Assembly: GCA_016188115.1 (NCBI GenBank)
Contig: JACPIK010000002.1
Location: 1,064,077-1,128,076 of the forward strand
DNA: 64,000 bases
Source: Candidatus Woesearchaeota archaeon
Lineage (GTDB): Archaea; Nanobdellota; Nanobdellia; Woesearchaeales; GW2011-AR9
Reading direction: 5' to 3'
Within the stretch, counting starts at the first letter, position 1, and every line of letters begins with the position of its first letter. The position numbers were made by a program, and so were the translations under genes. This document shows positions 28,087-38,367 of this stretch, in pieces. The notes under the pieces were generated by a model that was not told where the DNA came from, ran no database searches, and saw only the letters and a list, made by a program, of their open reading frames with translations.

Positions 28087-29166
28087 TTAAGTACGATCTT
28101 TCATAAAGAAAAAACCCGCAACTGTAACCAAAACAATTAGGATCATTGCATAATCTGAAAACTCTGGTGTAATCGGCGGACCGTTCATAGAAGTTACATT
28201 GATAGTAAAGTTGCTGCTGCAGACTGTTGTTCCATCAAATGTATTGTTGCTCGGTGTTGCGCAAAAAGACCACGTATCACCAATGTTGGTTTGTTCTGCA
28301 GTTATTTGGTTGCTGTTGTTGTAGAGGGCATAAATCTGATTTGAGGAGAGGGATTTTTTGAAAAAATAAAATTCATCAAGAACCCCATCAAAAGTATTAG
28401 CACTGCCATGGTATCCACCAATGGTGAGGTTAACATTGTTATTTATTGCTCCAGTTGTTGTCGTTGTTGCTGAAGAATTAAATCGTCCGTTCACCCATAA
28501 AGTAAGGTTAGATCTAGCCCGTTCCCAATTAACAACTACGTGATACCATATCCCTGTGCCAAATGAACTTGTAAGACTATAACTTCCTCCTGACGCATCG
28601 TCTCCCGAAATCCAGACTTGTACGTTTCCTGAGTTTGGTCGCACGAAATAGTCTCCCCCTACTCCAAATTTTCCTATGGCATAACCGTTGCTAAAACTTT
28701 CTGGTTTCATCCAGAAGGCAACGACGATATCTTCGTTTGCTTGGATGTCATAAAGTGAGCTATGATTTATGAGGATTTTATCTGTTTCACTAAATTCAAA
28801 ATCAAATGCGCCACGACTATCATTACCACCTGTAGGAAGATAATCTGGTGATCCAAGTCCTGAGAAATTGTATGATCCATTATGCCCATAAGCATAATCT
28901 CGAATTTTATTTTCTATTCCTGTGGTATTACCATCAAACGGCATGTAGAGAACAGGAAATGATGTGCCATTAAGCAACCAATTAAAAATAACTTTACCGT
29001 TACCAATATTCTGCGCATTTACTGTATTTGTAGTTAAGTTTTCATCTCCCACGTTATTTCCATTTGTAGTATTCACATATACAGAATCAATGGATGGGTC
29101 AGCTATCACTGTGATAGAAAGAAAAGCTAAGGCTAATAGAATTAGTATAACATCTCTTGTCCTCAT
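28087..29166 (-). CDS. Secreted LamG (ConA-like) domain protein with PEF-CTERM-type sorting signal
   Basis: Signal peptide, FWMKP, WYHVV, FDGVLDEF LamG motifs, TPEF + TM + basic tail. Confidence 0.85.
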   Translation of the reverse strand: MRTRDVILILLALAFLSITVIADPSIDSVYVNTTNGNNVGDENLTTNTVNAQNIGNGKVIFNWLLNGTSFPVLYMPFDGNTTGIENKIRDYAYGHNGSYNFSGLGSPDYLPTGGNDSRGAFDFEFSETDKILINHSSLYDIQANEDIVVAFWMKPESFSNGYAIGKFGVGGDYFVRPNSGNVQVWISGDDASGGSYSLTSSFGTGIWYHVVVNWERARSNLTLWVNGRFNSSATTTTTGAINNNVNLTIGGYHGSANTFDGVLDEFYFFKKSLSSNQIYALYNNSNQITAEQTNIGDTWSFCATPSNNTFDGTTVCSSNFTINVTSMNGPPITPEFSDYAMILIVLVTVAGFFFMKDRT

Positions 29167-29208
29167 GAGATAGAAAGAGGAATAGATGGTTTATATAGGT
29201 TTTTGGGA

Positions 29209-30228
29209 TTAAGTTATGAACGCACTGCGTACAAATTCAGCAGGGTTTCGTCTAAGATAAGATGTAGTGTACGCACAGGCTGAAAGACACCGATCATTAC
29301 ACCTTGCTAAGAGAGCTCTACTTCCATGTCCATCATTTCGAAAATAGTTTCTATCAATATCTCTAAATTGTGTTCCGGTAGTGAGCTTCATGTATTTAGA
29401 ACAGTGAAAGACTTCGCCGTTGGTTGCGACTTGAATCATGTACGTTCCAACATCGCATGACCAGCGTAGTGGTTCATCAAGGAAACGTAGGGCGTCTTCA
29501 AAATATCTCGTTGGGTTAAGAATGAGCACTCCCTGTTCTTTTTGTTCCATGAGATACTGCAAAGTCTCTCGAGTCTTTTCTCTTATTGCAGGTTCTTCAT
29601 AAACAGTTCTTCTTCCATCCTGAAATGCGCTAAATTCTGTGACCAATCCGAAAGTGATAGGAAGTCTGCGACGCCGTGAAAGTTCTACGAGTTTTGGCGT
29701 CTCATCTAAATTAGTTGGTGCAAGAACTTGATGTGCTTTGTAGCGTGTTCCATATTGTTTACGCATCTGTTCTAATCTGTCAATAAGACTTTCATCACCG
29801 TGAAGGGTTTTATCTGAACCTCGTACTGCATCGTACCCATCTAAAGAAATTTCAATTACATCTAAACCTGCTTCTCCTAGTTTGGCTAATTTTTCTGTTG
29901 TCAATGCTTTCTTCTTTCCATGTGATGTTACATAAGTGGAGAGGTTCAAACTCGTTGCAAAACGTACTAAGTCAGGTAGATCTGCACGTAATGTTGGCTC
30001 ACCCCCCATGAATGCAATAACAGCTGTTCCTAAATCTGCCGCATGTTGCATGCGTTCTTCGAGATCCTCTTGAGAGGGGTTACGCTTTGTGTTTTCTACA
30101 ACTTCACAATAGTCGCAGGCAAGATCACATTTGTCAGTGACCCACAGATGTACCCAGAGGGGAAGAGGTTCTTGCGTAGATTGGGCGAAAGAAGACGCGA
30201 GACGCAGGGATTTGGAAATAGAAGGCAT
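29209..30228 (-). CDS. Radical SAM protein (SPASM/twitch-like)
   Basis: CDLACDYC, GGEP, ISLDG, C-terminal Cys cluster. Confidence 0.9.
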   Translation of the reverse strand: MPSISKSLRLASSFAQSTQEPLPLWVHLWVTDKCDLACDYCEVVENTKRNPSQEDLEERMQHAADLGTAVIAFMGGEPTLRADLPDLVRFATSLNLSTYVTSHGKKKALTTEKLAKLGEAGLDVIEISLDGYDAVRGSDKTLHGDESLIDRLEQMRKQYGTRYKAHQVLAPTNLDETPKLVELSRRRRLPITFGLVTEFSAFQDGRRTVYEEPAIREKTRETLQYLMEQKEQGVLILNPTRYFEDALRFLDEPLRWSCDVGTYMIQVATNGEVFHCSKYMKLTTGTQFRDIDRNYFRNDGHGSRALLARCNDRCLSACAYTTSYLRRNPAEFVRSAFIT

Positions 30229-30315
30229 GGGGAAGTTAGTGGAGAAAGAAGGATTTAAGGGTTGTGGGGACAGAAAACCAAAAAACTTATCAACATTGTT
30301 ATTCTAAAATTTATA

Positions 30316-31008
30316 ATGTCTGTTTCAGAAAGAAAAGAAGTAACTTCTGTGGATATCATAAATCCCATAAAGATCGATGAAAAGAAATGGTACTTAGATC
30401 TTCGCATTGTAATTCCTTCAATCCTCTCACTTTTCGCATTAAGTGTTTCTTTAATATCTCTTGGTGTCTTCTCATCATTCGATTTAGATTTTTATTCTTC
30501 AGGGGCTTATGTTATCCATACAAATGTCTCTGATAATTTTGTTCAAGGAATGGCTTTTATTTTGCCTATAGAATTTCTTAATATTAACAGAGAGCAAGGG
30601 ATTGTGACAAGCATGTCTTTAGAGATTAGTGATGGTTTAGAAAAAGTGGAATATGTTCCTTTGTATGAAGTTAATGTAGGAAAGTTAGATACTAAGACTG
30701 ATAGTAGGGGTGAGAGTTATTGGCGTAAGTCAATTATTGGGCCATTTCAGAATTTTGGACTAAGTGAGAAAGAGAGGGTATCAAAATCTATAATGTTCGG
30801 TCCGATTTTGCCAGGACGTGTTGTAGTATTAGCTGAGGGGGAATACTCAATGAAACTGCTAGTTAATGCTTCTAACGGCAAAACCTATTACAAAGAAATT
30901 TTTCCAACATTCATTTTGGATAATAAAACTATAGAAAAAATAAATGATAATTATCTTGTGTTCATAAGATCAGACAACATGTATGCTTATTTTAAAGAAT
31001 ACAATTAA
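30316..31008 (+). CDS. Membrane-anchored hypothetical protein
   Basis: Long AT-rich ORF with one N-proximal TM helix. Confidence 0.6.
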   Translation: MSVSERKEVTSVDIINPIKIDEKKWYLDLRIVIPSILSLFALSVSLISLGVFSSFDLDFYSSGAYVIHTNVSDNFVQGMAFILPIEFLNINREQGIVTSMSLEISDGLEKVEYVPLYEVNVGKLDTKTDSRGESYWRKSIIGPFQNFGLSEKERVSKSIMFGPILPGRVVVLAEGEYSMKLLVNASNGKTYYKEIFPTFILDNKTIEKINDNYLVFIRSDNMYAYFKEYN

Positions 31009-31032
31009 TTGGTTCACCAAAACTTAACTCAT

Positions 31033-32328
31033 TTAAGTTTTAACTTTCCTTCTAAATCCTTCCACCAACTTGACAAACAATTCCGGCACTAGCTTCATTT
31101 CACCAGCAGGAACAACGAATGCAATTCGTAGCTGAGTCTTGCCAGGATTCTTGGTATACACGTCAGTATAAAATCCTTCCATCGGAGCAGTAAGTAATGT
31201 TACGTTCTCTTTCCCAACAACAACAGATCCTTCACGCGCGCAATACAATACAAACTGCGTGGAGTCAAAGTTAGCATCGACGTTACGCATGTCAACAACC
31301 ATATACAAAGCAGACTGAGGTTGACTTACAATTAACTTCGGCATGCGTTTCAAAAACTCTGTTCGTAGAAAATGCATCTGTTCACTATAATATGCTCGCT
31401 GTTGAGCATACCATTTCTCTAAATCTTGTTTATTCTCATTAAGAATTCCAGCAAAGATGTATTGCCCAATACTATTTGATCCTAATGTTGCTGTACATTC
31501 AGCCACAGCTTTTTCATGAAATTCTTTATTATCAGTAATAATAGCGCCGATGCGCAGACCACACGCATTCCACACTTTTGAAGTGCTCTCGATACTAATG
31601 CGACAGCCAGAAATACCTAGTACCTCTTTTTCGGTGATCGCCCACACACTCGATACTTTTTGTTTGGTATACACTAACCCTCGATACGCTTCATCACTAA
31701 TAATCCACATCCCATATTTCACACATAAACGCGCTAATTCATTCAATTCTTCTTGTGGATAAAATTGACCTGTGGGATTGTCATAGGGGATGACAACCAA
31801 TGCTGCAGGTTTTTCTTTCTTGATCGTTGCTTCAATTTGTTTGAAATCAGGTAAACTAAAAACGCCATCTTCATTCATCGTGCGGCAAACCGACACCACT
31901 CGTCGGCACGTTCGCTTCGCTAAGAGTTTGTAATTAGGATAAGCAGGGTCAAGCAATAATACTGGACGTTCTGGGTCAGTAGTACCAAGTAAAGTGATTT
32001 CCATGGCAGCAGAGCCCCCTTCCGTGATATTGCAATAAAGATTATTAGTATTAAAACCAAAACTATTGATTACATGTAAAAATGCATTGCGTGTTTCTGG
32101 CACACCAACAGTTGGGGCATAGCCGTCAACGCCTTTAGCAAAAGGACTTTTTGTTCCTAACTCTTTGAGACGCTTTTGCATGGCTGGATGCATGGGTAAG
32201 GTGACGTCACCGATTGCTGCGTTAATAGGACGTACGCCATCGGTGCGTTTAGCACATTCGATTTGAGCTAAGCGTACAGGAGAAGGACCACGTTGAGCAA
32301 AATAAGTTGAGAGGGAAGGTTTGGGCAT
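31033..32328 (-). CDS. PLP-dependent aminotransferase class I/II
   Basis: DNPTG, SDEAY, STSKVWNACGLRIG. Confidence 0.92.
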   Translation of the reverse strand: MPKPSLSTYFAQRGPSPVRLAQIECAKRTDGVRPINAAIGDVTLPMHPAMQKRLKELGTKSPFAKGVDGYAPTVGVPETRNAFLHVINSFGFNTNNLYCNITEGGSAAMEITLLGTTDPERPVLLLDPAYPNYKLLAKRTCRRVVSVCRTMNEDGVFSLPDFKQIEATIKKEKPAALVVIPYDNPTGQFYPQEELNELARLCVKYGMWIISDEAYRGLVYTKQKVSSVWAITEKEVLGISGCRISIESTSKVWNACGLRIGAIITDNKEFHEKAVAECTATLGSNSIGQYIFAGILNENKQDLEKWYAQQRAYYSEQMHFLRTEFLKRMPKLIVSQPQSALYMVVDMRNVDANFDSTQFVLYCAREGSVVVGKENVTLLTAPMEGFYTDVYTKNPGKTQLRIAFVVPAGEMKLVPELFVKLVEGFRRKVKT

Positions 32329-32399
32329 ATAGGCAGGTAGAGAAGAGGTGTTAATATAGTTTTGGGAGAAATTTATAAAATTGGTTCTGTTTTAAGATT

Positions 32400-32831
32400 A
32401 TGATGAATAAATCTCTCAAAATCTACTTTGCCGCATCGATTCGTGGCGGACGAGAATTGCAACCCGTATATGAAGAAATTGTGACATTCTTAGAAACCAA
32501 AGGGAAAGTATTGACCGAACATCTGCGAGAGAAAACATTGACAAATCAAGGTGAACAAGGTATTACTACGCAGCAAATTTTTGAACGGGATATGAAATTT
32601 TTGCAAGAAGCAAATGTCATGATTGCAGAAGTGACGGTGCCGTCATTAGGTGTGGGATATGAACTTGCGGTGGCTGAGCAGTTAAGAATACCCATATTAT
32701 GCTTATATTATCCAATAGGGGGTAAGAGTTTATCTGCGATGATACAGGGGAACACAAAGTTAGTTGTGAAAGAGTATCGGACATTGGACGAAGCCAAGAA
32801 AGAAATTGAGGAGTTTTTGGAGGGGTTGTAG
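32400..32831 (+). CDS. 2'-deoxynucleoside 5'-phosphate N-hydrolase (RCL/NDT family)
   Basis: IYFAASIRGGR, IFERD, SLGVGYEL, LSAMI. Confidence 0.88.
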   Translation: MMNKSLKIYFAASIRGGRELQPVYEEIVTFLETKGKVLTEHLREKTLTNQGEQGITTQQIFERDMKFLQEANVMIAEVTVPSLGVGYELAVAEQLRIPILCLYYPIGGKSLSAMIQGNTKLVVKEYRTLDEAKKEIEEFLEGL

Positions 32832-32884
32832 CTGGTTGCTTATTTGCACGAAAGCTTATATATTCTTTAGGATATAATTAGATT

Positions 32885-33481
32885 ATGCTTTCAAAGTTAC
32901 AAAGAGTGTTAATTGCGTTGGTCATTGTCTTACTATATCCTTTTTTGAAAATACTTATAGGGGACTTTTCAACGACATCTTTGATTAGAGACTTTTTTCT
33001 TTCGTTAGTTGGCTTTGTACTCTTTTATAATTTGTTGGGTAATGGTTACAATCAGAATGTTAATCAGAAAAAAGTAAAATATCCTATTTGGTTCTTACGT
33101 TCAATTCCTACTCTATCATATTTATATGTAATTACTTTGATAGTAGGTATTATTTTGGCTTATGCTTTAGGTACTAAAACCTTATTTTGGGTTGCACTTT
33201 CTCTTTTTTTCAGTCAAAATTTCTTAGTAACGCTGGTTCATTTATCCCATGTTAAGAAAATCTCAAAAAGTATTTTGACACTATTTACTGCTATATTCAT
33301 TCCATTATCCCTCGTCGCGTTGATATTGCCTTTTGGTAAGATTAAAATTGTTCTTTTTGGTCTACTTAGCACTCCTGTTTTGATTATTACTCTGTATGGT
33401 TTCTATGTAAAGATGAAATTTGTTGATCCAGAAGAGCTCAATTACCTTCTTCAAAAGAGATTAAAGCAGAAAAAAAAGTAG
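32885..33481 (+). CDS. Polytopic membrane hypothetical protein
   Basis: About six hydrophobic segments; AT-rich. Confidence 0.6.
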   Translation: MLSKLQRVLIALVIVLLYPFLKILIGDFSTTSLIRDFFLSLVGFVLFYNLLGNGYNQNVNQKKVKYPIWFLRSIPTLSYLYVITLIVGIILAYALGTKTLFWVALSLFFSQNFLVTLVHLSHVKKISKSILTLFTAIFIPLSLVALILPFGKIKIVLFGLLSTPVLIITLYGFYVKMKFVDPEELNYLLQKRLKQKKK

Positions 33482-33485
33482 TTTC

Positions 33486-33728
33486 TTATCTTTCACAATC
33501 ATCCACTGTCACTGCCGCATCCCTAAAGTATTCTTCACACTGTGTACTCATTGAATATCCACTCATAAAATGTCCGCAGGCGGCAGCAGATGGTCCTACC
33601 GCAACAGGACTTTGCGAAAATGCATTCACACATTCTATACAACAATCAGGATTTAAAGAAGGCTGAGTAGTACAAGATAGTGTTAATGAAGTAAGAAATA
33701 GAATAAAGAGTAATTTGTAATTCATCAT
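33486..33728 (-). CDS. Small Cys-rich putative lipoprotein
   Basis: Lipobox-like LTLSC; six further Cys. Confidence 0.55.
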   Translation of the reverse strand: MMNYKLLFILFLTSLTLSCTTQPSLNPDCCIECVNAFSQSPVAVGPSAAACGHFMSGYSMSTQCEEYFRDAAVTVDDCER

Positions 33729-33814
33729 GTATTATCATATAACTTGCAATAAAAACCTTCCTACATATCCTGCTGTAGAGAAAGATTTAAAACCGGCTCC
33801 AAAACCTCAAACCC

Positions 33815-34825
33815 ATGGTGTATAGCTGGTTATCTCCCAAAGCCCAAACAAAAAAATCAAGTATTGAAGGAACTGGAACATTCTGTAAAACTAAAATCCA
33901 CAAAGATGAACTTATCTGTGTTTTTGGTGGTCATATCTTTGATACAAAAACGTGGAAAACACTTGATGAAAGTGTTGGTTCATTAGCACTTCCTCTCAAC
34001 GAAGAATTTGTTATTGCGCTTCATCATCTCTCTGAAGCCGGCGATGGTGATTTTGTCAATCATTCTTGCAATCCCAACGCTGGAATTCATGGGCAAATCT
34101 TTCTCGTCGCCATGCGCGAAATCGAAGCCGGCGAAGAAATTACCTTTGACTATGCAGTTGTTCTTGCTGACATTGCTCCACAAGATTGCGAGTTTGACTG
34201 TCATTGTGGTGCAATTAGTTGTCGTGGAAAAATCACAGCTCATGATTGGAAACGCGACGATTTACAACACAAATATGCCGGTTATTTCTCACATTATATT
34301 CAACAAAAGATCAATTACATTGAAGAAATGAAAAAGCGGGGAACTTCACCTCTTGTCGTTATCAAAGAATCAGCAATTCATAATAAAGGCGGCTACGCTG
34401 CCTGTGATATCGCCAAAGGCACAAAGATTATCCAATACGTTGGTGAGAAACTCACTAAAGAAGTCTCGAATCGACGTTGTGAAGAGCAAGTTGAATTAGC
34501 CAAGACCGACCCTTCCTGCGGCGAAGTTTACATCTTTGAACTTGATGACCAATATGACATTGACGGAAATGTTCCCTATAATACAGCCCGATTTCTCAAC
34601 CATTCCTGTGAACCAAACTGTCGCGATGTAAATGACAATGGGGAAATTTGGATCGTCGCCATTCGCGATATCAAAAAAGGAGAAGAATTACTGTATAATT
34701 ATCGCTTTGGACTTGATGACTTTCAAGATTTTCCTTGCCGCTGCGGTTCTCCACGCTGCTTTGGGTATATCTTAGACGAAGAAGATTGGGCAGATGGTCG
34801 CGATATCCTTTCTCAGAAAAAATGA
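33815..34825 (+). CDS. Double SET-domain protein-lysine methyltransferase
   Basis: Two complete SET + post-SET units: NHSCNPN/EEITFDY/CHCGAISC and NHSCEPN/EELLYNY/CRCGSPRC. Confidence 0.93.
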   Translation: MVYSWLSPKAQTKKSSIEGTGTFCKTKIHKDELICVFGGHIFDTKTWKTLDESVGSLALPLNEEFVIALHHLSEAGDGDFVNHSCNPNAGIHGQIFLVAMREIEAGEEITFDYAVVLADIAPQDCEFDCHCGAISCRGKITAHDWKRDDLQHKYAGYFSHYIQQKINYIEEMKKRGTSPLVVIKESAIHNKGGYAACDIAKGTKIIQYVGEKLTKEVSNRRCEEQVELAKTDPSCGEVYIFELDDQYDIDGNVPYNTARFLNHSCEPNCRDVNDNGEIWIVAIRDIKKGEELLYNYRFGLDDFQDFPCRCGSPRCFGYILDEEDWADGRDILSQKK

Positions 34826-35310
34826 ACCATCCACACGATCTCATTGAAATAAAAACATCCTCCATTCATCATTTTGGTATCTTTGCCAAAAAAGATATTG
34901 CTAAAGGCACGAAAATAATCGAATATATTGGCGAGAAAATTTCTAAGAAACAAAGTGCTCGACGATCTCAAAAAACCCTCAAAACATCGCAAAAAGATCC
35001 ATCGGCTGGTGCCGTGTATATGTTTGAATTAGACGATGAATGGGATATTGATGGCAATGTCGAAAACAATCCTGCACGTTTCTTAAACCACTCCTGTGAC
35101 CCCAATTGTGAGGTAGAAATTGAAGATGGGCATATCTGGATCTACGCCAAACGCGACATCAAAAAAGGTGAAGAGCTATTATATAATTATGGGTACGATC
35201 TAGAATTTTATCAAGATCACCCTTGCAAATGCAATTCTAAACGGTGTGTAGGCTATATCGTGCATGAGGACCACTGGGAAAAATTAAAAGAGTTATTACA
35301 GAAAAACTAG
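34822..35310 (+). CDS. SET-domain protein-lysine methyltransferase
   Basis: ARFLNHSCDPNC, EELLYNY, CKCNSKRC; ATGA overlap with the upstream gene. Confidence 0.93.
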   Translation: MNHPHDLIEIKTSSIHHFGIFAKKDIAKGTKIIEYIGEKISKKQSARRSQKTLKTSQKDPSAGAVYMFELDDEWDIDGNVENNPARFLNHSCDPNCEVEIEDGHIWIYAKRDIKKGEELLYNYGYDLEFYQDHPCKCNSKRCVGYIVHEDHWEKLKELLQKN

Positions 35311-35311
35311 T

Positions 35312-35710
35312 TCAAACCAATTCTCGTCGTATCAATTCTGGCAATATCTTATTTTTAATAATGGGTGAAAGAATCGTCACATTATCGTCTCTTCCAAACC
35401 ATCGTTGATCTTGAATCTCGCAAGATGGTTTTGGTTCACCTACAATCTCTCCAATATACACTTCAATCGCCACAATAGTATTTGCTTCATTCGCAGCAGC
35501 ATCCTCTACATGACACAAAAAAGACAAAGAAGACGTAACAACATCGCAATCATGTTCCTCTTTAATCTCGCGTACTAAACATTCTTCTGGGGTTTCATGA
35601 GGTGTTGGCTTGCCGCCAGGAAGAAGAAAAAGAGACGTATTTTTCTTCCTATTTACTAAGAATCTTTTATCACGAAGAATAATCAGACCATATTTGTGGA
35701 TCGTGTTCAT
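35312..35710 (-). CDS. NUDIX hydrolase
   Basis: LPGGK...ETPEECLVREIKEE Nudix box. Confidence 0.9.
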   Translation of the reverse strand: MNTIHKYGLIILRDKRFLVNRKKNTSLFLLPGGKPTPHETPEECLVREIKEEHDCDVVTSSLSFLCHVEDAAANEANTIVAIEVYIGEIVGEPKPSCEIQDQRWFGRDDNVTILSPIIKNKILPELIRRELV

Positions 35711-35760
35711 TGTTTTTTTAGAAGGAAGATTTTTTATAAAGATATATGGTTGTTTTTTCC

Positions 35761-36195
35761 ATGCACAACGCAGCAATTCTCGATTTTAGTCGGACATTAT
35801 ACGATCCTGACAATGGATGTCTCATTGAGGGAGCAAAAGAGCTTCTTAACGCGTTACAACATAAAAAATATCAAATGATCCTAGTAAGCCGCACCAAAGA
35901 CTTGCAGCATAAACATCTTGAACACCTAGGAATTCGCCATTTCTTTTCCGAAATTATCATCACCACGACAAAAGATGAAAGCATGTTTAGTGCGATTGCC
36001 AACGATGCCAACATTAATCCTGCACAGGTTCTTGTGATCGGAGATAAAGCGCAAAGTGAAATTATCGCGGGTAAGAAAGCAGGCATGAAAACAATTTGGT
36101 TTCGATCCGGAAAGTATGCTCACGAGATACCTTTAGAAGGTATGGGACCTGATGTAATGGTCGATAAATTAATTGACATAATAAAGTATATTTAA
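35761..36195 (+). CDS. HAD-superfamily hydrolase
   Basis: LDFSRTL motif I variant, VIGDK...EIIAGKKAGM. Confidence 0.82.
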   Translation: MHNAAILDFSRTLYDPDNGCLIEGAKELLNALQHKKYQMILVSRTKDLQHKHLEHLGIRHFFSEIIITTTKDESMFSAIANDANINPAQVLVIGDKAQSEIIAGKKAGMKTIWFRSGKYAHEIPLEGMGPDVMVDKLIDIIKYI

Positions 36196-36656
36196 AATAA
36201 AAGTATCACAATTCCCACAAACAACCCTACTTGAACAAACTTCTCTATCACTCCACCGGTCTTGATAAACCCACGAATACGTGGTCGTTCTAATGGATAG
36301 AAAAGAGGAATACCCTGAGGAGTAAGAAAGTCACCCACAATGTGTGCTACATAGCCAAGCAGCAAACCAAATGCCCATAATTTTCCTACAAACAACCCCA
36401 ACAGGATTGCTAGTGCCATAAAGAAAATCAGCGAATGAAAAAATCCTCGATGTCGTGAAAGAAACGCAATAATTTTTCCAAAAAATCCTGTAAAACGATT
36501 AATTGTGCTATGCGCCTCATCAATATCGGGCAACGCTGCCCCCAAAAGCACAATTCCTAACAGCCCTACTGCTTCAAAAGATGAAATACCTGTCCACCAC
36601 GATTCCGTCAAAAGAAAAAAGAGAATCGCGAATAAAGCATGCGAGACAAAGAGCAT
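36192..36656 (-). CDS. Membrane-bound metal-dependent hydrolase (YdjM/DUF457-like)
   Basis: SH, LPDID, HRGFFHS, HIVGD, G.PLFYP. Confidence 0.88.
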   Translation of the reverse strand: MLFVSHALFAILFFLLTESWWTGISSFEAVGLLGIVLLGAALPDIDEAHSTINRFTGFFGKIIAFLSRHRGFFHSLIFFMALAILLGLFVGKLWAFGLLLGYVAHIVGDFLTPQGIPLFYPLERPRIRGFIKTGGVIEKFVQVGLFVGIVILLF

Positions 36657-36688
36657 AAGATAACAATGTTGTAGAAGTATTTAAGATT

Positions 36689-37282
36689 TTAGAGATCGAT
36701 GCGAAGATGGTCTTCAAGATAACGTATACCCATATCAGACTCAAAGTGAGAAGTAGGATCAATAAAACGTCTTCTTCGCTTTCCATCTGGGTAAATCACT
36801 TGGGCGACTTCTACATCGGGCTCTTCCTGAAGAATATTTCGTTTTCCGTTCGATAGATCTTCCATGAGGATACCTACTGCGTGGTATTCCATCCCCTGCC
36901 AACGTACAGAGGTTGTAACTGGAACAATAAAAGAAGAAGGATCATCTCCATACTCAAATGCTTTATGATACGCATCGAGTTGTTGCGCGAATAGATTTCT
37001 CCCGATTCGAGTCGTAAGGTGGTATGGTTGTTTCAATCCAAGGCGGAGTGCTACTGGGATCGGTTCTTCTTTTTCTGGTCTTAATGCAATAACGATATGG
37101 TCTTTTCCAGATCCTAATTCTAGAAGTGGAGGTGGAACGATAATGGGAGAATATGATGAGAGTTCTGCTCGAGCATTATAGACCGCTTGGAAACACATTC
37201 GAGCTCTATCCAGAAGTTGAGCATCCTGCCGTAGTATATGTGCCATTCTTGCACTGCGGTCAAAATAATCCATAAATGCCAT
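36689..37282 (-). CDS. Hypothetical protein
   Basis: 197-aa ORF with its own upstream AT-rich box; weak kinase-like motifs. Confidence 0.55.
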   Translation of the reverse strand: MAFMDYFDRSARMAHILRQDAQLLDRARMCFQAVYNARAELSSYSPIIVPPPLLELGSGKDHIVIALRPEKEEPIPVALRLGLKQPYHLTTRIGRNLFAQQLDAYHKAFEYGDDPSSFIVPVTTSVRWQGMEYHAVGILMEDLSNGKRNILQEEPDVEVAQVIYPDGKRRRRFIDPTSHFESDMGIRYLEDHLRIDL

Positions 37283-37322
37283 GATGATTAGAATAAAAAG
37301 TTATTTTAATTTTTTTTAGATT

Positions 37323-38312
37323 CTACTTCACTGCTTCCAACTTCTTCAATTCTTCCTGCGGGTCAGCTTTCTCAACTAACTGCACATTAAACTCTAAGCG
37401 GTCAAACATGTCATTCTTTGTGACACGACCAATAAACTTATACTGCTCACCGAGTAAATCAGTCTTCGATTCTTCAAACAAACTAAGATTGGTCTTGACA
37501 GCATTAAAATCAAGATCAGGCTTATTCAATAAGCGATCCGTTTGATTTTTCCACAGAACGGTACGAATGTTACCACTGCCATCATCAAGAATCAAATTTA
37601 GCACATATGATAATGTAGGTTCAACTTTCCCATGCTCAGCGCACGTCATCGCGCCTTCTTGCTCCGTTACTTTCTTATTGCAACTTCCACACACAGAAAA
37701 AAAGCGAGGATCAAAGATTTGCACAATGGTTCCCATAATCTCTACATTACTCTCTCCTGCAGAAAGATTTGAAATAGGTTTACGTGCGACTTCTGTCGTT
37801 TTGCGAACACTCTCTATCTGCACGCCTTCTGGGTTAATATTGATTGTTCCTTTATCACCAAGATGTAATTCTCGTCCGCCTTGGTTTTCACGCACATAAC
37901 AATTTTTGACTTCAAGAATATCGTCTTCTTTGAGTTCAGCGATTTTATCTACTTGATCGTTCCAAAACACCGTACGAATTGTACCCGTTTCATCACCTAA
38001 TAATATAGAACAAACTTTTCCTTTACTTTCACCCTTAACAAACTCGCGAATTTCAAACTTACGCACAACTTTGCCTACTGCACCAACATTGCGCATGCCT
38101 GCATAAATCTCTTTGATTTTGAGTTTGGCTTTTTCAGCAGGAGTAGTCTCTAGACCAAGCTCATTTGCCAGAATATGCGCCGCACCTTCTTCACTAATCA
38201 ATCCAGAAAGTTCATTGATCTTTTGTTTGATACGCGTATCAAAATCACGTGGAGTGATCTGACCACTTTTAAGTATTCGTTCTTTGAGTTCTTCAAACGG
38301 GATCTTATACAT
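37323..38312 (-). CDS. rpa: Replication protein A (OB folds + zinc finger)
   Basis: GLISEEGA, LGDETGTIRTVFW, CGSCNKK...CAEHG, LDDGSGNIR. Confidence 0.9.
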   Translation of the reverse strand: MYKIPFEELKERILKSGQITPRDFDTRIKQKINELSGLISEEGAAHILANELGLETTPAEKAKLKIKEIYAGMRNVGAVGKVVRKFEIREFVKGESKGKVCSILLGDETGTIRTVFWNDQVDKIAELKEDDILEVKNCYVRENQGGRELHLGDKGTININPEGVQIESVRKTTEVARKPISNLSAGESNVEIMGTIVQIFDPRFFSVCGSCNKKVTEQEGAMTCAEHGKVEPTLSYVLNLILDDGSGNIRTVLWKNQTDRLLNKPDLDFNAVKTNLSLFEESKTDLLGEQYKFIGRVTKNDMFDRLEFNVQLVEKADPQEELKKLEAVK

Positions 38313-38367
38313 GATTTTTGGGGGTATAAAGAGGTTTATAAGGTTTTAGCTATTAGAAGAGTACAAA

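Noticed and set aside
37323-38312. RPA as part of the pilin operon (competence link)
   Set aside because: It has its own TATA-like box in the 55-bp spacer and is a core replication gene; adjacency alone is insufficient.
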